Below, piece after piece: positions 59,781 to 64,000 of a stretch of 64,000 nucleotides of DNA. The notes beneath the pieces were generated by a model. It was not told where the DNA came from. It searched no databases and saw only the letters and a list, made by a program, of their open reading frames with translations. The stretch comes from an uncultured Acidobacteriota bacterium (lineage in GTDB: Bacteria; Acidobacteriota; Thermoanaerobaculia; Gp7-AA8). The stretch covers positions 1,184,001 through 1,248,000 of the forward strand of contig CAVUKB010000005.1 in the NCBI GenBank assembly GCA_963741955.1, given 5' to 3'. Position numbers and translations under genes: made by a program. The number at the start of each line of letters is the position of its first letter. Position 1 is the stretch's first letter.

Positions 59781-59945
59781 CAGGAGTCTGCGCGGTAGAA
59801 ACTGTCCTACTGCGAAAGCGGATCAGCGGTCCAAATCCGTCCGGATTTTCGGCGAGTAGCCACCGCTACGCACCTCAAATCCGAACGAATTTGGCCTCGC
59901 TGCTCGGCTTTCTCGCTACGGACGTTTCTACCGCGCAGACTCCTG
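59781..59945. mobile_element. MITE-A copy 2
   Basis: CAGGAGTCTGCGCGGTAGAAAC...GTTTCTACCGCGCAGACTCCTG; near-identical to 18277-18441. Confidence 0.9.
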
Positions 59946-60324
59946 GACCGCGTCGATCGCTACTTCGAACGCTTCGGCTCCTGGACGATCTTCTTCGCCC
60001 GATTCATCACCGGCATCCGCGTCGTCATCGCCGTCTCGGCGGGGATGAGCGGCTTCCGCTGGAGGCGGTTCGTCCTCTGGAACGCGGCCGGTGCAATCGC
60101 CTGGGGAAGCGCAATCGCATCGATCGGATGGGCGTTCGGTCAGTCGTGGCACCTTCTGGAACGTGATGTCGGTCGCGGAGGACTCATCGCGGCAGGCGCC
60201 GTGGTCGCCCTGGCCGCCGCCGCGTTCTTCGTTCATCGGTGGAAGACGAAACGCGAGTCCGTGTCGACGCGCGGAACCGGGCGATGAATTACAATTCGCG
60301 CACCATGGGAATGGAGATGCGGCG

Positions 60325-60837
60325 GTGAAAGTCCTCGAGACCGAGCGCCTCATTCTGCGGAGGCTGCGGATGAGTGACGCGAAGTTCGTCAGGCGCCTCC
60401 TCAACGAGCCCTCGTTCATCCGATACATCGGCGACCGCGGAGTGCGGACGCTGGAGGACGCACGCGGCTACATCCGGCGTGGTCCTGTGGCGAGCTACCG
60501 GCGCCGCGGTTTCGGGCTGCTGCGTGTGGAGTTGAAGGAGAGCGGCGAACCGATCGGCATATGCGGCCTCGTCGAACGGGAAGCGCTGCCGGATCTGGAC
60601 ATCGGCTTCGCGTTCCTGCCGGAGCACTGGCGCAAGGGCTACGCCTGTGAGTCCGCCGCTGCCGTTCTGGCGTGGGGCCGAGACGTTCTGGCGCTCGACC
60701 GGGTCCTCGCGATCGTGCAACCCGACAACGAGGGATCGATCCGAACGCTCCGGAAGCTCGGGATGCAGTTCGAACGGATGATCCGCCTCTCCCCGGAGGA
60801 GCCGGAACTGCAGCTCTTCGGGATCCGCATGTCGTGA
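60325..60837 (+). CDS. GNAT (RimJ/RimL-type) N-acetyltransferase
   Basis: LETERLILR, DIGFAFL...W.KGYA and N..SIR.L.KLG. Confidence 0.9.
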   Translation: MKVLETERLILRRLRMSDAKFVRRLLNEPSFIRYIGDRGVRTLEDARGYIRRGPVASYRRRGFGLLRVELKESGEPIGICGLVEREALPDLDIGFAFLPEHWRKGYACESAAAVLAWGRDVLALDRVLAIVQPDNEGSIRTLRKLGMQFERMIRLSPEEPELQLFGIRMS

Positions 60838-60914
60838 CCGCGAGTCGGATCGGTAGATCCGAACCCTGGAGGCGCTCGCCGACGGGACGCGCGCGTCCGT
60901 TCAGCCCGTTCTCC

Positions 60915-62387
60915 TCACGGCTGCGCGATCGCCGAAGGAAGTTTGACCGGCATTCCTGCCGGCGGAGGCGTGGTCGGGTCGAAGCCGTTGATGTTCGCTA
61001 CCGCTTTCGCGTCCTTCGGGTTGCCCGTCGCGGCGCGGGCGAGGTCGCTCCAGCTCTCGCCACGTCGCACGTTCCGGACATCGAGACGCGGAGGGGCGAC
61101 CGCCCGGGCCTTCGTCAGGTCTTCGGTCGTATTCTCGAGAATCGTGCCGAGAGGGCTCTGCGTTCGCGAGACTCCTCCCGGTGTGATGAACATGAAGACC
61201 GCGACGTGGTCACCGTGGGGGAACTGCGTGGTCTCGACGCCCACCGGCCCGCTTTGGGTCTGACCGGTCCAGACGTCGATCGGGAACCGCTGGCCCGAGC
61301 GCGTCGACGCCTCCCGGGAGCCGACGTAACGCAGACCCATCTGCTGGAGCTTGGAGCGGATCGCGTCCTGCGCGTTCCGTCCCTGCAGATTCTTGTTCTC
61401 GACTTCCTGAGCCACGAAATTCGCTCCGGAGCGATTCGAATTCGGCTCCATGGCGAAGAGCAGGCCGGGTTGCGTCACCGGCTGCCATCCGGAAGGTGCG
61501 CGAATGATCAGGCCGTGCTCGCGGTCGTAGATCGTGCCGTCGCGGATCACCACTCGCTGGGTGCTGTTGCCGGTGATGATTCCGTCCACGAGAGGCACAT
61601 ACCGCGCGCGGACCGGTTCGTCATAGTTTCCGATTCCCTCGGCTCGGAGCTGCTGGACTTCATTTTTCACGTCGCGAACGCGTTTGGCCGGATCGGGATG
61701 GGACGCGAAGTAGCGGTCGACCGGTGAGCTGGGACCGGTATCCATTCGCGCGAGCGTCATCAGCATCCGTTCCGATCCGATGGGGTTGAATCCGGACTCG
61801 GCGACGTACTTCGTGCCGATCCGATCGGCCTGAGACTCCTGCGAGCGCGAGTACTTCTGAAACAGGAGCTGCAACCCGACTTGAGCAAGCTGCCCGTACT
61901 GCTGCGCCGCCTCGGGTCCCGCGACGACGGCGCCGAGCACGAGGCCGAACTGCGCGAGCTGGCTCCGCGAGATCTGCTCGGCTGCATGCCGCGCGGTGAC
62001 GTGAGTGATCTCGTGTCCGAGGACTCCCGCCAGCTCGTCATCCGAGTTGATCCGCTCGAGCATTCCGCGGGTGATGTAGACGTAGCCCCCCGGGAGCGCC
62101 ATCGCATTGACCATCGGCGTGTCGAGAATCGTGAAATGCCACGGAAGATTGGGCCGGTCGGAGTTCGCTGCGAGTCTGGCCCCGACTTCCTGAACCCGGC
62201 GCGTGAGCTCGGGCTTTTCGGTGTAGACGCCGAATTCCTGCTCGACCTGCTGATGGGCCTGGCGGCCGATGGCGATCTCCTGCTGCTCGGAGACGATGTT
62301 GAATTCACGCTTACCCGTCGCGGGGTTGGTGCTGCAGCCGGCCACCACGACGAGAGCGAGCAGTAAAGTGAGTGAACGTTTTTTCAT
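60915..62387 (-). CDS. M48 family metalloprotease lipoprotein
   Basis: Lipobox VAGC.TNPATG, VNAMALPGG, GHEITH and YSR.QE..AD. Confidence 0.92.
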   Translation of the reverse strand: MKKRSLTLLLALVVVAGCSTNPATGKREFNIVSEQQEIAIGRQAHQQVEQEFGVYTEKPELTRRVQEVGARLAANSDRPNLPWHFTILDTPMVNAMALPGGYVYITRGMLERINSDDELAGVLGHEITHVTARHAAEQISRSQLAQFGLVLGAVVAGPEAAQQYGQLAQVGLQLLFQKYSRSQESQADRIGTKYVAESGFNPIGSERMLMTLARMDTGPSSPVDRYFASHPDPAKRVRDVKNEVQQLRAEGIGNYDEPVRARYVPLVDGIITGNSTQRVVIRDGTIYDREHGLIIRAPSGWQPVTQPGLLFAMEPNSNRSGANFVAQEVENKNLQGRNAQDAIRSKLQQMGLRYVGSREASTRSGQRFPIDVWTGQTQSGPVGVETTQFPHGDHVAVFMFITPGGVSRTQSPLGTILENTTEDLTKARAVAPPRLDVRNVRRGESWSDLARAATGNPKDAKAVANINGFDPTTPPPAGMPVKLPSAIAQP

Positions 62388-62558
62388 CTCATCCTCGTGC
62401 CCGCCATACGGTGCAACTGAAGTGCCGGAGAGGAGATGCGCTCCTCGAAATGCCTTCGTCCCGGCCCTTCCGCTGCTCGCAAAGCGGGAGCTCGGCGATG
62501 CGGACCCTCTCCCGAGGGGACTCCTGGCCCGCAGCAGGGACGGCGTGAGCAATCCGGG

Positions 62559-63065
62559 CTAATCGTTGGGGCGCCGGTACTCGCCGCTCTTCCCGCCCGA
62601 TTTCCGTTCGAGCTGGATGCGTTCGATCACGATCCCTTTTTCGACCGACTTGCACATGTCGTAGATGGTCAGCGCGGCCACCGAGCAGGCAGTCATCGCT
62701 TCGATCTCGACCCCCGTACGCGCTTCGCAACGGACGGTGGCTTCGACCGCGATCACGCCGGCGGCGTCGTCGACGGCGAATGAGACGTCGATCGAATCGA
62801 GCGGCAGCAGATGCGTCAGAGGAATCAGCGACGGAGTCCGCTTTGCGGCGAGGATCCCGGCGACCTTTGCGACCGCGAGCACATCGCCCTTCGGAAGCGC
62901 CTTCCGCTGCAGCAGCTCGATCGTCTCCCGGGAGAGACGAACGCGCGCCGACGCCACGGCTTCTCGCCGTGAGACCGGCTTGGCGCCCACGTCGACCATG
63001 GAGAGATTCCCATCCGCATCGAGGTGGCTCAACTCTGCCGGTTGCCGTTTACGTGAGCGGTTCAT
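62559..63065 (-). CDS. moaC: Cyclic pyranopterin monophosphate synthase
   Basis: LSHLD..G...MVDV..K, KGDVL, TGVE.EA, YDMCKS and KSGGKSG. Confidence 0.95.
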   Translation of the reverse strand: MNRSRKRQPAELSHLDADGNLSMVDVGAKPVSRREAVASARVRLSRETIELLQRKALPKGDVLAVAKVAGILAAKRTPSLIPLTHLLPLDSIDVSFAVDDAAGVIAVEATVRCEARTGVEIEAMTACSVAALTIYDMCKSVEKGIVIERIQLERKSGGKSGEYRRPND

Positions 63066-63639
63066 GTTCCCTCCGAAGTTTTTCGAGATCCTCGAGTGTA
63101 TTGACGTTCCGGAGCGGCTCGCCCGGAAAGAGGCGGCGCAGTTGGATCTCGTCGACCGTTTCGATCCCCGGCTCCTCGAGCAATCCGCGCAGCCGGTAGT
63201 CTGTGCGTGCGATCCGCTCCCGTAGAACGCAGGCGAGAGTTCTCGCATATCCGGCGCAGAGCATCTGGGGAGCCCCGTTCCAGAACGGGATCAGTGCGCG
63301 TGCCGATGACCGAGTGAATCTCTCTGCCAGCTCACGCAGAAGAGCCGGGGTCACCAGTGGAAAGTCCACCGCGAGGATCCAGCAGCGATCTCCCCCCTCG
63401 TCTTCGAGGGCTCGGAGAAGACCGAAAACCGAGGCGCGCTCCTGGTGAGGGAAATCGAAAATGGTCCGCCAACGCGACTCGGCGGTTCCGCCCGGAGCTG
63501 CGACGAGCGTCACGTGGTCGAAAACCTGATCCGCTGCCGCGGCGACCCGATCGAGAAAGCTCCTCCCGTCGAGGAGCAGCTCCTGTTTCGGAGATCCCAT
63601 TCGAGAGGAGAGTCCGCCGGTCAGGACATAGCAGTCCAT
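63049..63639 (-). CDS. mobA: Molybdenum cofactor guanylyltransferase
   Basis: LTGG.SSRMG..K, LAVDFP and NVNTLEDL. Confidence 0.88.
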   Translation of the reverse strand: MDCYVLTGGLSSRMGSPKQELLLDGRSFLDRVAAAADQVFDHVTLVAAPGGTAESRWRTIFDFPHQERASVFGLLRALEDEGGDRCWILAVDFPLVTPALLRELAERFTRSSARALIPFWNGAPQMLCAGYARTLACVLRERIARTDYRLRGLLEEPGIETVDEIQLRRLFPGEPLRNVNTLEDLEKLRREHEPLT

Positions 63640-63663
63640 CTCGCGGATGGTACCATCCGCCCG

Positions 63664-64000
63664 ATGCGAAGAAGCGTGGCGGTCGTCATTCCGGCGAAGA
63701 ATGAAGCGCTGCGCGTTTCGGCGTCGATCGCGTCGGCGTTCAGCGCCGGCGCGAACGAGGTGATCGTCGTCGACGGAGGGAGCGGCGACACCACTCGTGA
63801 CGTCGCCGCCGCCGCTGGCGCACGTGTCCTCCTCGCGCCTTCCATGAGATCGGTTCAGATGAACGAAGGCGCCCGCGCGACCACTTGCGAGGTGATCATC
63901 TTTCTTCACGCCGATACGATCCTTCCGGAGAATGCGGTCGAAGCGGTGGCCGACGCGGTCGCGACCGGTTTCAGTTTTGGCGGATTTCAACTGGAGTTCA
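63664..64000 (+). CDS. GT2 glycosyltransferase, resembling the rSAM/arsenosugar-associated family; truncated by the window edge
   Basis: Manual translation MRRSVAVVIPAKNE..EVIVVDGGS.D.T..R..QMN.GA..FLHADT..GGF. Confidence 0.8.
   Translation, partial: MRRSVAVVIPAKNEALRVSASIASAFSAGANEVIVVDGGSGDTTRDVAAAAGARVLLAPSMRSVQMNEGARATTCEVIIFLHADTILPENAVEAVADAVATGFSFGGFQLEF

Larger units (their letters stand above)
59323..60287 (+). pseudogene. DedA family protein interrupted by two different MITEs
   Basis: LENVGIPVPGET.., AIAGDNLGF.IGR and F..RFITGIR...AGMS in three segments that rejoin in frame when the two inserts are removed. Confidence 0.88.

Noticed and set aside
1-64000. tRNA, rRNA, group II intron, retron or DGR
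   Set aside because: No cloverleaf or rRNA signature and no reverse transcriptase recognised by eye. A tRNAscan/Rfam run would be needed to exclude them formally.

Overview
This is a GC-rich bacterial chromosomal window; gene content is consistent with an Acidobacteriota-like organism (inference). Most of it is core or accessory metabolism: peptidases (M24, M28, an M16 pair, M48, a Lon-like protease), transporters (CstA, APC, MscS, TauE, RND, MacAB-type, AI-2E, SemiSWEET), two two-component systems, a tetraheme cytochrome c3, mddA/TetR, an arsenic locus (arsS, arsR-permease-thioredoxin-arsC) and moaC/mobA. The most unusual content is a dense set of small non-autonomous elements. (1) An ISL3 abuts a 291-bp mini-element that shares only its terminal inverted repeats (TIRs) and a co-varying internal hairpin. 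(2) A RAYT transposase gene is associated with about 19 REPIN-like units in four polarised arrays. (3) Two families of 160-180 bp rod-like palindromic elements have different TIRs but share a central CACC-loop hairpin, and they sit inside the tatA and dedA coding sequences. (4) Heptamer-repeat tracts abut stop codons, and one more MITE family is nested in them. (5) An AT-rich box recurs with 31-bp phasing at two unlinked loci. No rRNA, tRNA or CRISPR array was recognised.
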